Shown here piece by piece: positions 63,201-64,000 of a stretch of 64,000 nucleotides of DNA (position 1 is the stretch's first letter; every line of letters starts with the position of its first letter). The stretch comes from Macrostomum lignano (taxonomy: Eukaryota): assembly GCA_002269645.1 (NCBI GenBank), contig NIVC01000870.1, forward strand, positions 1 through 64,000. The letters run 5' to 3'. Below the pieces are notes generated by a model. That model ran no database searches. It saw only the letters and a list, made by a program, of their open reading frames with translations, and was not told where the DNA came from. The position numbers and the translations under genes are program-made.

Positions 63201-64000
63201 ATCTGGGAGGCTGGTGGCCCAGCAACTGAGGATCTGGGAGGCTGGCCTAGCAACTGAGGATCTGGGAGGCTGGCCCAGCAACTGAGGATCTGGGAGGCTG
63301 GTGGCCCAGCAACTGAGGATCTGGGAGGCTGGCCCAGCAACTGAGGATCTGGGAGGCTGGTGGCCCAGCAACTGAGGATCTGGGAGGCTGGCCCAGCAAC
63401 TGAGGATCTGGGAGTCTGGTGGCCCAGCAACTGAGGATCTGGGAGGCTGGCCCAGCAACTGAGGATCTGGGAGGCTGGTGGCCCAGCAACTGGGGATCTG
63501 GGAGGCTGGCCCAGCAACTGAGGATCTGCGAGGCTGGTGGCCCAGCAACTGAGGATCTGGGAGGCTGGCCCAGCAACTGAGGATCTGGAAGGCTGGCCCA
63601 GCAACTGAGGATCTGGGAGGCTGGCCCAGCAACTGAGGATCTGGGAGGCTGGTGGCCCAGCAACTGAGGATCTGGGAGGCTGGCCCAGCAACTGAGGATC
63701 TGGGAGGCTGGTGGCCCAGCAACTGAGGATCTGGGAGGCTGGTGGCCCAGCAACTGAGGATCTGGAAGGCTGGCCCATTAGTTGAAGATCTGGAAGGCTG
63801 GCGGTTGCCTAGCAACCGAGGATTAGGTACACCAGCTAAGATGAATCCACAAAGACCCCACCTCCGTGCAGGTGTCTATACCCCGGCCAGACATTCTGCC
63901 CAGCACGGAGACCTACTTTGTGCCTCCAATGGTCAGTCAGCCAGTCTGCGTGTACGCCAATGACCCCAGTTCAATCATTGCATTCGCCCTGAGCTCGCTT
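52379..64000 (+). CDS. PIKFYVE: PIKfyve/Fab1 PI3P 5-kinase, 5' part (kinase domain lies beyond the window)
   Basis: Phase-consistent exons 52379-53160 (FYVE; 1-nt deletion ~53005), 53716-54104 (DEP), 54560-54965, 55433-55717 and 56894-57444 (CCT-like), 58206-58457, 59158-59773, 60543-60616, 60895-61402, 62427-62984, 63872-64000 ([19 protein letters not shown]). Confidence 0.93.
53320..53680. repeat. 27-bp intronic minisatellite (aacctcagtaaagaatcacccttcacc)
   Basis: PIKfyve intron 1. Confidence 0.92.
53716..54104 (+). CDS. PIKFYVE: PIKfyve exon with DEP domain
   Basis: [21 protein letters not shown]...[12 protein letters not shown]...EFSDTMLYR. Confidence 0.8.
54264..54446. repeat. (TGTC)n microsatellite
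   Basis: PIKfyve intron 2. Confidence 0.95.
54993..55350. repeat. 30-bp intronic minisatellite (cctcccagatcctcagttgctggccaccag), ~11 near-perfect copies
   Basis: PIKfyve intron 3. Confidence 0.95.
55915..56810. repeat. 39-bp intronic minisatellite (agctttcttagaaatatccactcggataggatctctgta), ~22 copies
   Basis: PIKfyve intron 4. Confidence 0.95.
56894..57444 (+). CDS. PIKFYVE: PIKfyve exon, CCT/chaperonin-like domain
   Basis: [41 protein letters not shown]. Confidence 0.9.
57490..58165. repeat. 33/35-bp alternating minisatellite (cctgaaggttcaggatatcaggta...) with 68-bp higher-order dimers
   Basis: PIKfyve intron 5. Confidence 0.92.
58525..59060. repeat. 21-bp minisatellite (caaatgaaatggcgcccctct)
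   Basis: PIKfyve intron 6. Confidence 0.92.
59790..60440. repeat. Degenerate (TGTC)n microsatellite
   Basis: PIKfyve intron 7. Confidence 0.95.
60650..60880. repeat. ~21-bp degenerate repeat (ctactatcactctcactgtcact)
   Basis: PIKfyve intron 8. Confidence 0.8.
61560..62260. repeat. 32-bp minisatellite (cccagcctctcgtcatctattctcacgccatt)
   Basis: PIKfyve intron 9. Confidence 0.9.
63062..63777. repeat. 27/30-bp minisatellite (ggcccagcaactgaggatctgggaggct[ggt]), reverse complement of the intron-3 repeat
   Basis: PIKfyve intron 10. Confidence 0.95.

Noticed and set aside
63035-63815. Three long overlapping minus-strand ORFs, plus similar ORFs at 54923-55403, 58488-59085, 59710-60507, 54053-54618 and 53208-53525
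   Set aside because: Read-through of intronic mini- and microsatellites; no domain content beyond the parts that overlap real exons.

Overview
Repeat-rich eukaryotic (metazoan) genomic DNA with GT-AG spliced genes; no rRNA, true tRNA or CRISPR array seen. The minisatellite-packed introns, polyQ-rich exons and TE mix suggest a free-living flatworm such as Macrostomum (inference only). Host genes, all on +: (1) two intact 4-exon paralogs (19289-22434, 39363-41327) and a decayed third copy (43341-44370) encoding a secreted signal peptide + PAN/Apple + ALK/LTK-like glycine-rich domain protein with no TM or kinase; (2) a 4-exon alkaline phosphatase (25597-28199) with a 1-nt deletion just before the catalytic Ser; (3) the first 11 coding exons of PIKfyve/Fab1 (52379 to window end), where each of the 10 introns holds a tandem repeat. 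Mobile elements: an internally deleted RepHel Helitron, a CMC/EnSpm transposase interrupted by a tRNA-derived SINE, two head-to-tail non-autonomous Helitrons (one carrying a 23-bp minisatellite and telomere-like repeats), a Crypton-like tyrosine recombinase relic, hAT/MULE/Tc1 MITEs, an integrase-less Ty3/Gypsy relic, and a TSD-bounded Penelope-like element with an uninterrupted RT + GIY-YIG ORF and a hammerhead ribozyme in each copy of its inverted terminal repeat. Recurrent single-base indels, several compensating, suggest long-read consensus errors. All exon structures and alignments were derived by eye and not confirmed by database search.
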